Notes: generated from the letters alone by a model not told the origin. Shown: positions 36,733-49,945, counted from the first letter of the whole stretch. The stretch: 63,762 nt of DNA, filler included, from Octopus bimaculoides (GCF_001194135.2; 7 parts of 7 records of this genome joined end to end with filler, not necessarily neighbours in it); one strand, 5' to 3'. Numbers and translations: made by a program.

Positions 36733-36885
36733 GGCGCAGGCGTGGCTGTGGTGTACGAAGTTTACTTCTCCACCACATGGAGCCGGGTTCAGTCCCACTT
36801 TGTGGCACCTCTTCAACAGTAGCCTCGGGCCGACCAAAGCATGTGAAGATGGAAACTGAAAGAAACCTCTCGTATATATACACGC

Positions 36886-36934
<49 letters not shown>

Positions 36935-37135
36935 TGTGTTTTTTTCCTCAGCCACCGCCCGATAAACGTTGTTGGTGTTTTTTTTTCGTTCAGGGAACTT
37001 AGCGGTTCGGCGATCGATAAAATATGAAACAGGCCTCAAAATAATATATACTTGTGTCAATTTATTCGGCTGAAAATTCAAGGCGGTGCCCCAGCATGGC
37101 GGCAGTATAATAACTGAATCAAGTTTTAAAGAAAA
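36733..37135 (+). mobile_element. SINE family B, both modules
   Basis: GGCGCAGGCGTGGCTGTGG (A box)...GGGTTCAGTCCC (B box); central (TA)/(TG); 3' module ending GGCGGTGCCCCAGCATGGCGGCAGT. Confidence 0.85.
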
Positions 37136-37141
37136 GGTTAT

Positions 37142-37172
<31 letters not shown>

Positions 37173-37370
37173 TGTGTGTGTGTTTGTGTGTATGTGTGTG
37201 TGTTCGTGTGTATGTATACATAAGTATGTGTGTTAAAGTTTGTGCTTCTGTGAAGTTATAATAAAAGGTGTTTCACAAATAACGTCAAAGGATTACCAGA
37301 GGAATTCTGCTCAGTACATGTGCATTCATGTTTTCATTTAGCAACTTTAGTGTTGTCAGTAACTTCGAAG

Positions 37371-37412
37371 TTTTCGGATGATGATTTAGCATGCGGAAAC
37401 GTCGAAGTAACT
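37371..37412 (+). ncRNA. Degenerate minimal hammerhead motif (Penelope-type)
   Basis: CGGATGA-T-GATTTAGCATGCG-GAAACGTC-GAAG; U4 is replaced by G and stem II is broken. Confidence 0.4.
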
Positions 37413-37439
37413 AACCTTGAATACTATTCCTGTTACAGA

Positions 37440-37537
<98 letters not shown>

Positions 37538-37806
37538 NNNNNNNNNNNNNNNNNNNNNNNNNNNNNNNNNNNNNNNNNNNNNNNNNNNNNNNNNNNNNNN
37601 NNNNNNNNNNNNNNNNNNNNNNNNNNNNNNNNNNNNNNNNNNNNNNNNNNNNNNNNNNNNNNNNNNNNNNNNNNNNNNNNNNNNNNNNNNNNNNNNNNNN
37701 NNNNNNNNNNNNNNNNNNNNNNNNNNNNNNNNNNNNNNNNNNNNNNNNNNNNNNNNNNNNNNNNNNNNNNNNNNNNNNNNNNNNNNNNNNNNNNNNNNNN
37801 NNNNNN

Positions 37807-37838
<32 letters not shown>

Positions 37839-38161
37839 CAAAATATATATATATTTTTTTTAAAGTTTCAGCTCAGAGCTGCGGCCATGCTGATGCACCA
37901 CCGTGTTGCTACACTGTTATTACAGGGAGCCTCTTACAATATGTATATATGAAATATACATGTGTGTATATATATGTATATATATGCATATTTAGGTATA
38001 TATATATATATGTATATATATATGTATATTTAGGTATATATATATATGTATATATGTAAATATATGTATGTATACATATATAGATGTATACACACACATA
38101 TATATATATATATAGATATAAATATATATACATGTACATGCACATATACGTACACACGCTT

Positions 38162-38204
<43 letters not shown>

Positions 38205-38627
38205 CTAACACATATACATATATCTGTACATACGCAGATAATACATTTTTATATACATACATAGATTTACACACATACACACGTACATACACACACACGC
38301 ATATATATGAACGTATATGAATATATACATACATATAAACCTAGACACATAGATGTGTGTGTGTGTGTGTGTGTGTGTGTGTCTGTGTAAGTGCGCGCGC
38401 GTGCGTTAGTGTGTGTGCTTGAAATGTTTTTGCAAAAAATGCTTATAGCATATATGTAAAAAATATGTGAAGTATGCGTGATAAAATAATCTTATATTGT
38501 GTATTTATTCATATGCCTCTCGCTTGGCTTCTCTCTCTTTCTATCCCAATCTCTCTCTCATTATCTGTCTTTTCTCTTTTTATTTATCTATGTATATACA
38601 TACATAATTATACATACACATGCGCGC

Positions 38628-38673
<46 letters not shown>

Positions 38674-38861
38674 GTGTGTGCTTGTGTGGGTATATTCCTA
38701 TGCATGCATTTGCACGTGCGTCAAATGTAAATGTGTAAATGAATGTGTTCATACCATGTGTTCAGTACATACATACATACCCACATACATATATATATAT
38801 ATGTATATATATATATACATATATATATATATGTATATATATATATACATATATATATGTA

Positions 38862-38894
<33 letters not shown>

Positions 38895-39482
38895 GTATAT
38901 ATATATANNNNNNNNNNNNNNNNNNNNNNNNNNNNNNNNNNNNNNNNNNNNNNNNNNNNNNNNNNNNNNNNNNNNNNNNNNNNNNNNNNNNNNNNNNNNN
39001 NNNNNNNNNNNNNNNNNNNNNNNNNNNNNNNNNNNNNNNNNNNNNNNNNNNNNNNNNNNNNNNNNNNNNNNNNNNNNNNNNNNNNNNNNNNNNNNNNNNN
39101 NNNNNNNNNNNNNNNNNNNNNNNNNNNNNNNNNNNNNNNNNNNNNNNNNNNNNNNNNNNNNNNNNNNNNNNNNNNNNNNNNNNNNNNNNNNNNNNNNNNN
39201 NNNNNNNNNNNNNNNNNNNNNNNNNNNNNNNNNNNNNNNNNNNNNNNNNNNNNNNNNNNNNNNNNNNNNNNNNNNNNNNNNNNNNNNNNNNNNNNNNNNN
39301 NNNNNNNNNNNNNNNNNNNNNNNNNNNNNNNNNNNNNNNNNNNNNNNNNNNNNNNNNNNNNNNNNNNNNNNNNNNNNNNNNNNNNNNNNNNNNNNNNNNN
39401 NNNNNNNNNNNNNNNNNNNNNNNNNNNNNNNNNNNNNNNNNNNNNNNNNNNNNNNNNNNNNNNNTGCTGCCTTATATGTCCA

Positions 39483-39514
<32 letters not shown>

Positions 39515-40126
39515 GACAGACTGAGTCTAAAATCATGACACTCACACATACTTCGCCGAGAATGTGACGGATATATCAGACGTGCCAAACGAAATCCTTC
39601 GGCTAAATTTTCCTCACATACTAATAAATAATAAAGCGCAAACATAAGGAACGCGATGGACACACAGGAAAATAAAAAAATTATTGATATACAAATATAT
39701 AAACTGACGGGATGGTCTCGGGTGGAAAAACTTTGATTATATATAGACATGATCGATGAGGATAGGCCTGTGTCTGAACGCCACATTAACAACAATAAAT
39801 GCTACATTCAATCCATGTCGGTCAACTACTTTAGGTGTCAGTCGGCAGACGACAATATCAGTAAGGTAGACACAAGCGCACACACGCACACGCACACACG
39901 CACGTACACACGCACGCTAAGGCTTATACTTATACGTACGCACACGCGTATACGACAGGGCAAAATATTATACGGACTTACAAAATAGGTAAACACACGA
40001 ATGCAAACCTATATTTGTGTCTATCTTAATAGCTATATCACATAGGCTGCTTGGCGGAGGTAAGTCACTAGCTAACTTAAGTTGGTTTGTTCTCGATACT
40101 TGATGGGGTATGAATAGACAGATACA

Positions 40127-40157
<31 letters not shown>

Positions 40158-40211
40158 GCATATATAAATACACCCACACACATATATACAAATTTTATAT
40201 GTGTATATATA

Positions 40212-40245
<34 letters not shown>

Positions 40246-40964
40246 NNNNNNNNNNNNNNNNNNNNNNNNNNNNNNNNNNNNNNNNNNNNNNNNNNNNNNN
40301 NNNNNNNNNNNNNNNNNNNNNNNNNNNNNNNNNNNNNNNNNNNNNNNNNNNNNNNNNNNNNNNNNNNNNNNNNNNNNNNNNNNNNNNNNNNNNNNNNNNN
40401 NNNNNNNNNNNNNNNNNNNNNNNNNNNNNNNNNNNNNNNNNNNNNNNNNNNNNNNNNNNNNNNNNNNNNNNNNNNNNNNNNNNNNNNNNNNNNNNNNNNN
40501 NNNNNNNNNNNNNNNNNNNNNNNNNNNNNNNNNNNNNNNNNNNNNNNNNNNNNNNNNNNNNNNNNNNNNNNNNNNNNNNNNNNNNNNNNNNNNNNNNNNN
40601 NNNNNNNNNNNNNNNNNNNNNNNNNNNNNNNNNNNNNNNNNNNNNNNNNNNNNNNNNNNNNNNNNNNNNNNNNNNNNNNNNNNNNNNNNNNNNNNNNNNN
40701 NNNNNNNNNNNNNNNNNNNNNNNNNNNNNNNNNNNNNNNNNNNNNNNNNNNNNNNNNNNNNNNNNNNNNNNNNNNNNNNNNNNNNNNNNNNNNNNNNNNN
40801 NNNNNNNNNNNNNNNNNNNNNNNNNNNNNNNNNNNNNNNNNNNNNNNNTATATATATATATATATATATGTATATATACCTATGTATGTATGTATGTATA
40901 TATCCATATAGATCTGAGAGAGATGAATACCCATATAAATAAGTGCCAATATTATTTATGTATA

Positions 40965-40999
<35 letters not shown>

Positions 41000-41226
41000 A
41001 AAAATGCGTGTGCATATTACACACATTAGGTTATTAAATACTAATAAGAGATCTTGCATGCACTGAGTTGCATAGCATGCATATTGTTCACACGTATAAA
41101 TATTTTTGATATACGTAGACATATATCAAAAATATCTATCTATCTATCTGTTTATATTGATATATATATATTGATATATGTATATATGTTCATATATCTA
41201 TATCTACATCTGTATCTCTCTCCATT

Positions 41227-41286
<60 letters not shown>

Positions 41287-41299
41287 TATATATATATGT

Positions 41300-41561
41300 C
41301 TTTTATTCTTTTATTCTTTTATTTGTTTCAGTCATTTGACTGTGGCCAAGCTGGAGCACCGCCTTTAGTCGAGCGAATCGACCCCAGGACTTATTCTTTG
41401 TAATCCCAGTAATTATTCTATCGGAATCTTTTGCCGAACCGCTAGGTAACGGGAATGTAGGCACTCCAACATCGGTTGTCAAGCGATGGTGGGGGTACAG
41501 ACAGACACATAAACACACACATATATACGTACATACATCCATGTATATATATACATACGTG

Positions 41562-41609
<48 letters not shown>

Positions 41610-41733
41610 TGTATATATACGACGGGCTTCTTTTAGTTTCCATCTACCAAATCCAGACACTTGCCTAAGGTGACTGAACCCGGAACCATGAGGTTGGTAA
41701 GTAAGCTACTTACCACGCAGCCACGTCTGCGCC
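41300..41733 (-). mobile_element. SINE family B, both modules with central microsatellite
   Basis: 3' module 41300-41505, microsatellite 41505-41620, 5' module 41620-41733. Confidence 0.85.
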
Positions 41734-41734
41734 A

Positions 41735-41803
<69 letters not shown>

Positions 41804-42610
41804 NNNNNNNNNNNNNNNNNNNNNNNNNNNNNNNNNNNNNNNNNNNNNNNNNNNNNNNNNNNNNNNNNNNNNNNNNNNNNNNNNNNNNNNNNNNNNNNNN
41901 NNNNNNNNNNNNNNNNNNNNNNNNNNNNNNNNNNNNNNNNNNNNNNNNNNNNNNNNNNNNNNNNNNNNNNNNNNNNNNNNNNNNNNNNNNNNNNNNNNNN
42001 NNNNNNNNNNNNNNNNNNNNNNNNNNNNNNNNNNNNNNNNNNNNNNNNNNNNNNNNNNNNNNNNNNNNNNNNNNNNNNNNNNNNNNNNNNNNNNNNNNNN
42101 NNNNNNNNNNNNNNNNNNNNNNNNNNNNNNNNNNNNNNNNNNNNNNNNNNNNNNNNNNNNNNNNNNNNNNNNNNNNNNNNNNNNNNNNNNNNNNNNNNNN
42201 NNNNNNNNNNNNNNNNNNNNNNNNNNNNNNNNNNNNNNNNNNNNNNNNNNNNNNNNNNNNNNNNNNNNNNNNNNNNNNNNNNNNNNNNNNNNNNNNNNNN
42301 NNNNNNNNNNNNNNNNNNNNNNNNNNNNNNNNNNNNNNNNNNNNNNNNNNNNNNNNNNNNNNNNNNNNNNNNNNNNNNNNNNNNNNNNNNNNNNNNNNNN
42401 NNNNNNNNNNNNNNNNNNNNNNNNNNNNNNNNNNNNNNNNNNNNNNNNNNNNNNNNNNNNNNNNNNNNNNNNNNNNNNNNNNNNNNNNNNNNNNNNNNNN
42501 NNNNNNNNNNNNNNNNNNNNNNNNNNNNNNNNNNNNNNNNNNNNNNNNNNNNNNNNNNNNNNNNNNNNNNNNNNNNNNNNNNNNNNNNNNNNNNNNNNNN
42601 NNNNNNNNNN

Positions 42611-42677
<67 letters not shown>

Positions 42678-43204
42678 GCAGTACATCAGGTTGTTTCAAC
42701 CTACACATTTAAGTGATAAAAACCAGTCACATATCAGCGACGAGTCATCCAGTTCTACACAAACAACAAAGCATTGCATAAATAATATAATATATATGAC
42801 TGAGTATTCTAGACAGAAGTGTACCCTTAATATAATATCGAAAAGAAAAAAAAAATAGACGTGTAATCATTTCGGAGGACTTACGATTGGAGTACAGCCG
42901 ATGTACTTTGATATTTTCTGTCTACTATGTTCCAGTCATGAAGCTTGTAGTCGGCCGATGGCATCCGTGAAAATACATCCCAAATGCGTAAGGTTTTGAT
43001 ATTGAAGCTAGAAATATATATTTTAAAAATGAAAGCCATATAATTGCAAAAAACTATCCAAAGACTCGGATGTTTATGAATATATACATATATAATCATA
43101 TATTGGCATGTATATACATACATACGCACACACACACACACATATATGTAATATATATATGATATATTCAATAAATAGATATTATGTATATTATATATAT
43201 TTAA

Positions 43205-43244
<40 letters not shown>

Positions 43245-44007
43245 NNNNNNNNNNNNNNNNNNNNNNNNNNNNNNNNNNNNNNNNNNNNTTAATTAATTAA
43301 NNNNNNNNNNNNNNNNNNNNNNNNNNNNNNNNNNNNNNNNNNNNTATATATATATATATAGTTTTAGGGAAAATAACCAATTTTCAAGAACTCATCGATG
43401 AAAATCCACTATCACATATAGAAAAATTAATATATATATATATATAAAAGTAATAAGCATGAAAACATAGCAACATGGGAAGAACAAGTTTAAACAAATG
43501 TTGTATTAGTTCAGTGCATGAAAAATAGAGTTTCGATGTTTCAAACACTATCCTGCTTCAGAAAAAATAGATGAATGAAAAAAGGTACTTTGATAAAAAA
43601 AGAACCTTTATTATCTCCTCACTAGCAATATAAACAAAAGTGCATTTTGCACCAAAAAGCCAACATGAGAGTTTCTCTCGTGGTAACTACTGAAGTATAG
43701 TTTGTTCTAATAGAACATCCACATTTAAGAGGGGGAAAAGTATTTATTTGTTTTTCTATCAACCGGAAGAGAATTTGGTTCAGTGGATAAATAATCAGAC
43801 TGTACAAGCTTCCATCCTGGTCTAGTTGTGGTGTATCACATCTACTCTGAGAAGAGTGTCTCTGTTGTAGAGTAAAGCTGACAGACCAGTTTCAATCCTC
43901 AGCAGGAGCTGTAAGGCTAGCAACACTCAATGCTTTGTGACTGTGAATTCAGTTTGAATTCACTTATAACATGAGGCTGGACAGAAATGGATAAACACCT
44001 TTATTGA

Positions 44008-44546
44008 TTAACCCGTTAGTATTCAGATTACTCTGTCAAATATAAAGCTTATTTATTGCCATTGTTTTGAATGTTTTATCTCGTGTTGAACCTTATGAAG
44101 GAGATGACAGGCCCGAAGTATGTGTGCCCACCATGACAGAATTGAGATCTGAAAAGCAAGGTGCCACATATAAAGCATTGGTGTGGTTGCTGGTGCCACG
44201 TAAAGTGCACTGCTGATGGTGTTGTAGAAAGAGTACTGGTGATGGTCACATAAGGAGCACCCAGTACGCTGTGGAGTGCTTGGTGTTAGGAAAAGCGTCC
44301 AGCAGTAAAAACCAAGCCAAAACAAACTATGGAATCTGGTGCAGCTCCAGCCTTCCCAGTTCCTGTAAAGATGCCCAACCCATGCCAGCATGGAAAACGG
44401 ATGTTAAATGTTGAAGATGATGATGATTGTATATTTTTAGAATGACATTGTATGGTGGGTTTGGGACATCAGATCAGGCCAGTTTGAACATAAAACAGAT
44501 AGAATATTTTGGCTGGATATGACCAGTTTAAACACTAAAGGGTTAA
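44008..44546 (+). mobile_element. piggyBac-like MITE interrupted by an RTE-type tail (about 44090-44427)
   Basis: TTAA-CCCGTTAGTATT at the left, AAACACTAAAGGG-TTAA at the right; the outer parts align to the uninterrupted copy at 47698-47912. Confidence 0.75.
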
Positions 44547-44612
44547 CCTGGTTTATTTTCGAACAGATCTGACACTAGAAATTATGCATTTGATACGTAA
44601 CAGCTAGAAATA

Positions 44613-44690
44613 ATATATTTGGTGTGCGTCTGCCAGAAAAGATATATTTGGTGTGTGACTGCCAGAAAAGATATATTCGATGTACGACTC
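44613..44690. repeat. 29-bp tandem repeat, about 2.5 units
   Basis: ATATATTTGGTGTG(C/T)G(T/A)CTGCCAGAAAAG twice plus a partial third. Confidence 0.8.
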
Positions 44691-44924
44691 TCAGAAATGC
44701 AACAGTCATCAGCTTCACACCAGTTTCTTCTCCAAGTATAGTGTGATGCATCATTGGCAAATAACTGATGATTCCCCCTCTACACCATCTCGTGAGGAAA
44801 ACCTCTATTGAAACTAAATTGCTAGACATAGCAGCCAAATACCTCTCTCATTACACTCAACTCTTTAAAAATGAAAATGAACACATTGGATAATGCAGTC
44901 TTAGGTACACTATCTATTATTTGT

Positions 44925-45135
44925 TACTTTTTACTTGTTTCAATCATTAGACTGTGGCATCGCCTTGAAGAATTTTTAGTTGAATGAATCTACTCCAGTA
45001 CTTTATTTTAAGCCTAGTACTTATTCTATCAGTCTCTTTTGCCAAACCACTAAGTTATGGGAATGTAAACACACCAACACCAGTTGTCAAGTGGTGGTAG
45101 GGGACAAGCAGAGACATAACCGCACACACAGACAC
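44925..45135 (-). mobile_element. SINE family B, 3' module
   Basis: TTTACTTGTTTCAATCATTAGACTGTGGC...AAGCCTAGTACTTATTCTATC...CCAACACCAGTTGTCAAG. Confidence 0.75.
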
Positions 45136-45919
45136 ATGGATATATGCATATAAATATATATTTATATATATATATATTTNNNNNNNNNNNNNNNNNNNNN
45201 NNNNNNNNNNNNNNNNNNNNNNNNNNNNNNNNNNNNNNNNNNNNNNNNNNNNNNNNNNNNNNNNNNNNNNNNNNNNNNNNNNNNNNNNNNNNNNNNNNNN
45301 NNNNNNNNNNNNNNNNNNNNNNNNNNNNNNNNNNNNNNNNNNNNNNNNNNNNNNNNNNNNNNNNNNNNNNNNNNNNNNNNNNNNNNNNNNNNNNNNNNNN
45401 NNNNNNNNNNNNNNNNNNNNNNNNNNNNNNNNNNNNNNNNNNNNNNNNNNNNNNNNNNNNNNNNNNNNNNNNNNNNNNNNNNNNNNNNNNNNNNNNNNNN
45501 NNNNNNNNNNNNNNNNNNNNNNNNNNNNNNNNNNNNNNNNNNNNNNNNNNNNNNNNNNNNNNNNNNNNNNNNNNNNNNNNNNNNNNNNNNNNNNNNNNNN
45601 NNNNNNNNNNNNNNNNNNNNNNNNNNNNNNNNNNNNNNNNNNNNNNNNNNNNNNNNNNNNNNNNNNNNNNNNNNNNNNNNNNNNNNNNNNNNNNNNNNNN
45701 NNNNNNNNNNNNNNNNNNNNNNNNNNNNNNNNNNNNNNNNNNNNNNNNNNNNNNNNNNNNNNNNNNNNNNNNNATATATATATATATATATAGTGCAATG
45801 GGTAAATTGTTGCTATGTTATGTTTTTAATTTTGCACACATGCATTGTTTGTTTTTGATTTTGTCAACTACTCAGTATAGTAGGGTCAGTTGGGAACCAT
45901 CTGTGAGTAAGACAGCACC

Positions 45920-46603
45920 CTGACATAATTCACTCTGCCAGAGATTTGGAAACGACATGCTGTGCTGCTTGGCATTTGCACTGGAAGCTTCAATACTAAC
46001 ATTTCTGAGAGTTTAGGTGTCAACCTGAGGACAGTACAGAGCATTCAGAAAGAGTTGGATGAGTCTAATGGTGATTACGAAGATACGGCTGCTGGAAGAC
46101 CCTATGTCTGGCAACAGGACTCTGCATCATGCCACACAAGCAAGAGAACCCAGTCATTGCTGTCAGACAATTTCTGCAACCACATCACCCCTAACATCTG
46201 TCCACCTAACTCTCCAGAATGCAACCTCCTTGATTATTATGTGTGGGGCACAGTTGAGTGAGAGATCAACAAAACTCTTTGTAACACCAAAGATGAGCTG
46301 AAGGCAAGGATTATGGCAGCATTCAACAATATTCAGTCAACATCATGGTGTTTGGAGTGATCACATTCATCTTCTCACATGGCCTCAGACTTAACCAAGG
46401 AGACTCTAGAAGAGCTACAGGAGATTCCAAAGTCATCTGGAGGCCGTGGTTGAAGCCAGTAGCAATTTCATTAAATAAATTTACTCTTTAGTATTTGAAG
46501 ATATTTTTACGTAATTTTGGTAAATATATCTGTTGAAATGAGATGTCAGTGTTATTTTCTGTTTTGCGTAACTTAGAAGATAGTTTATTCACTGCACCTT
46601 GTA
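45920..46603 (+). mobile_element. Tc1/mariner (maT/DD37D-like) transposon, internally deleted and rearranged
   Basis: N-terminus WKRHAVLLGICTG..LGVNLRTVQSIQKEL is fused to GRPYVWQQDSASCHTS..PPNSPECNLLDYYVWGTVE; C-terminus HLEAVVEASSNFIK*; ends CACCTTG-TA. Confidence 0.85.
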
Positions 46604-46711
46604 TATATATATATATATATATATATCAAAGTAAATACATAACTGAAAGAGCTGCTAACAGTTTCATGCTATCATGATACTGTTATGTATCTTAAAGAAA
46701 TGTTTCGATTT

Positions 46712-46848
46712 CTGTCTACTGAATCCACTGGCTTTGGTTGGCCTGAGACTATTGTAGAAGGCACTTGCCCCAGCTGCCATGTAGTGGGACCAAACCCAGA
46801 ACCATGTGGTTGTGGAGCAAGCTTCTTTCCACACAGCCATGCCTGCGT
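46712..46848 (-). mobile_element. SINE family B, 5' module
   Basis: Minus strand: GCAGGCATGGCTGTGTGGAAAGAAGCTTGCTCC...GGGTTTGGTCCCACTAC. Confidence 0.75.
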
Positions 46849-47067
46849 CTACGTATAAAAAAAAAATGGCATTAATGGTTGGGAACACCCTTGATGATGC
46901 AGCTACTGGTTGGTTAAGGACTGACTTTAATATGAGCAACGGCTTCACCAAGATAATGAGGGTCTGTGGGTGGTTGATAAACCTACAAGAAATAGCAACC
47001 GAATCTCCTTCAAATCAACACCCTACAGTCTTTTTTTTTTAAGGACACATGAAATAATTCTTTCCAT

Positions 47068-47265
47068 TTTTAGGCACAAGGCTAGCAATGTTGAGGAAGT
47101 GGGAATGTTGATTACAATGACCCCAGTGCTCAACTGATAGTTATTGACCCTGAAAGGACGACAAGCAAAGTTGACCTCAGTGACATTTGAACTCAGAACA
47201 TTAAGCGAGAGGAAATACCACTAAGCATTTTGTCCAGCATGCTAATGATTCTGCCTGCTTGCCTA
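47068..47265 (-). mobile_element. SINE family A
   Basis: Minus strand: GGCAAGCAGGCAGAATCATTAGCATGCTGGACAAAATGCTTAGTGG...CTGAGTTCAAATGTCACTGAGGTCAACTTTGC. Confidence 0.75.
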
Positions 47266-47384
47266 CCGCTTTAACGATGCATTAATTAATGTTAGCTTAC
47301 ATATATCATGTGTGAGATAAAAGCCAGGTTAATCATAGCTGTATCCCCTTTGATAATCATGTGATCATGTGACTGACCAGGCTA

Positions 47385-47600
47385 TCAGATGCGTTTTGTA
47401 CTGTTTTAGCCTTCACATGACACCACTCCACTGGCTAGGGGAGCAAGGTCAACATTCTACCCTGATCGAACGGGGGACTGGAACAAAATGAAATGAAGTG
47501 TTTTGCTCAAGAACACAATGCGCACCCGGTCTGCGAATTGAACCTCCAGCTTAATGATCATGAGTGCAACAGCCTAACCAGTAGGCCACATGCCTTCACC
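47385..47600 (-). mobile_element. SINE family C/D with complete tRNA-like head
   Basis: Minus strand: GAAGGCATGTGGCCTACTGGTTAGG...GAGGTTCAATTCGCAGACCGGGTGCGCATTGTGTTCTTGAGCAAAACACTTCATTTC. Confidence 0.7.
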
Positions 47601-47697
47601 TTTGATAATAGTTCTGCTGAATAAGGGCTGAAGTGGAGTTAAGCAATAACAACAGCAGACTAAACTGGTTTTAGGGACCACCCAAACTTCTTGAAGT

Positions 47698-47912
47698 TTA
47701 ACCCTTATTCTGTCATATGTAATGCTTATTTATTTACATTGATTTGAATTAATCATGCATTGTTTTGTAGCTTTGAGATTTTGATGAGGTAACTGTTAAT
47801 TTTTAGGATGTTATTGTAGGGTATCTGTGAAAGGCCAGATTTGGTCATTTTAAGCATAAAACAGGTAAAATACTTCGGCTGGATATGGCCAGTTTTAATG
47901 CTAAATGGTTAA
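47698..47912 (+). mobile_element. piggyBac-like MITE
   Basis: TTAA-CCCTT...AATGCTAAATGG-TTAA; TTAA at both ends. Confidence 0.7.
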
Positions 47913-48019
47913 ATGATCTTTTAATGACATCCTTCTCCACCACACTCCTATAATATATTTCTGGCTTTTGTTTACTTATTTTTGTTGTGAACTCTTTCTT
48001 TGCTGAAGATAATTGTAAC

Positions 48020-48330
48020 AAAGCCTTGATATAGTTGCTATACCTATTAGAAATAGCAGCAAAATCATTCTCAAGATTCCTGCTACTGTTTTCTCAGAGA
48101 AATGATATCACAGTAATCAATGTCCTGATTTTAAGGAACCATTCAGACTACTTGAAGTTTAAATGGCCCTTTGATAATGTCCTTCATATACTTATTTCTG
48201 TTGTGAATTTTATTTTCTGCTGTTGATAATTATAATGGAGCCTTGATAGAGTTGCTTGACCTATTAGAAATAACAGCAAAATCTCCCTCAAGCTTCATGC
48301 CACCTTTTTTCAGAAAGGAATAATGTTACA
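48020..48330 (+). repeat. Two tandem copies of an unclassified interspersed repeat
   Basis: CCTTGATA.AGTTGCT..ACCTATTAGAAATA.CAGCAAAATC at 48024 and 48241; related pieces at 44815-44905 and 46975-47060. Confidence 0.6.
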
Positions 48331-48844
48331 TTGCACAATGTACCCAAGATAATAGAAAAAAACAACAACAAAAGACTCGGATGTTTATCACTGGAGTCAC
48401 CTTTTGATTATAGGTCTGGTATGTCTCAGTAATGACCCGGGGTTATATGACAAGCAAACACATTGCCAAAGTGCCAGTCAGAAGCGCACCTAAGCAACAA
48501 AACTTTCCAATAAAGTTAAAAATCCTTAGCCTTGCTCTAATTCTTCCATTGCTCAAAACACACTTTCTTCTCTTTTACACTCATTGTCACTCTTCCTACT
48601 CCCCTGGTTTTAATAAGATATCTTTGACTTTCTCTTGTGTTCTATTTTGGCACAATTGAAAGACATGAAGCGCTATTGTTTCTTGTGTTCTTGGCCTCTG
48701 CCTTACGCTTTGGCATTGATCCTCGTCAACATTTCACTCTATTTGCTATTTGCTGTTAGTTGTTTGCTCTTTGCTTGCTTTCTTTCTGCATCCAACATAC
48801 ATCTGATGCTTGTTTCCTTATGGTCTTCTCTCTCTCTGTTTGTA

Positions 48845-48875
<31 letters not shown>

Positions 48876-49204
48876 CTGTCTGTGTGTGTGTACATGCAAA
48901 CAGATATGTAACATACGTGTAAGTTACATACATATGTGCATACATCTGCACTTCCATGTGTGTGTAGGTGTGTGCATGTATAGGTATGTCTGCATATACA
49001 TGTGCATGTTTGTGTGTGTATATACACATGTGTATACACACACAAACACACAAACATGTGTATACATACACGCACATGCAACATGTGTACACACACACAC
49101 ACACACACATAACAAGTGTGTGTGTGTGCAAATGTGTGTTATCTACATCTCTCTGTATGTATGCGTATGAATGTGTTTTACATTTTTGAAATCAATATAA
49201 AGAA

Positions 49205-49814
49205 TTGATGTTGATATTAGCATTGGTGGACAGAAATAAAGACAATGGTAGTGGTGGTGGTGGTGGTGGTGGTGGTGGTGACGACATGTTGGTTGTGGCT
49301 GTTTTGGTGTTTGAGGTGGTGGTGGTGGTGGGTAGAAACGTGGTGTTGGTGGTAGTGGAGGTGGTGGTGGTGGCGGTAGTGTTTATATTGTGATGATGGG
49401 GGACTGAATGGTTGTGCTGATGGTGTTTATGTATTGGTTGTAGTGGTTTATATGTAGTAGTAGTAGGAGGAGGAGGAGGAGTGGTGGGGATGGTGGCATT
49501 AGTGTGGTTGAAGTGTTGGCATTGATGGTAGTCATGGTTGTGGTATGTTTAGTGCTAGTGGTGGTTATATAGATGGTAGATGGTGTGCAGGGGTGGAGAG
49601 AGTTCAGGATGATGGGGATTTTAGTTTTTTGAGGTGTTGGCCTTGATGATGATGATGATGATGATGATGGTCTGGCGGTGGTGGTGGTAATCATGGTTGT
49701 AATTGTGGTGGTGGTGGTGATAGTAGTAATAGTGGTGGTGGTGGTGATGGTGGTAATTGTGGTGGTAGTTGATGATGATGGTGGTGGTAGCAGTAATGAT
49801 GCTGATGCTGCTGC

Positions 49815-49845
<31 letters not shown>

Positions 49846-49945
49846 GTTGATGGTTATGATTGTGGTGGTGGTGGTGGTGATGACGATGACAATGATGGTG
49901 ATGACGACGGTGGTAGTTGTGGTGGAAGTAGTGTGAAATGCTGAT
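49205..49945. repeat. G/T-rich degenerate triplet mosaic (GGT/GAT/GTA)
   Basis: Seen directly. Confidence 0.85.
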
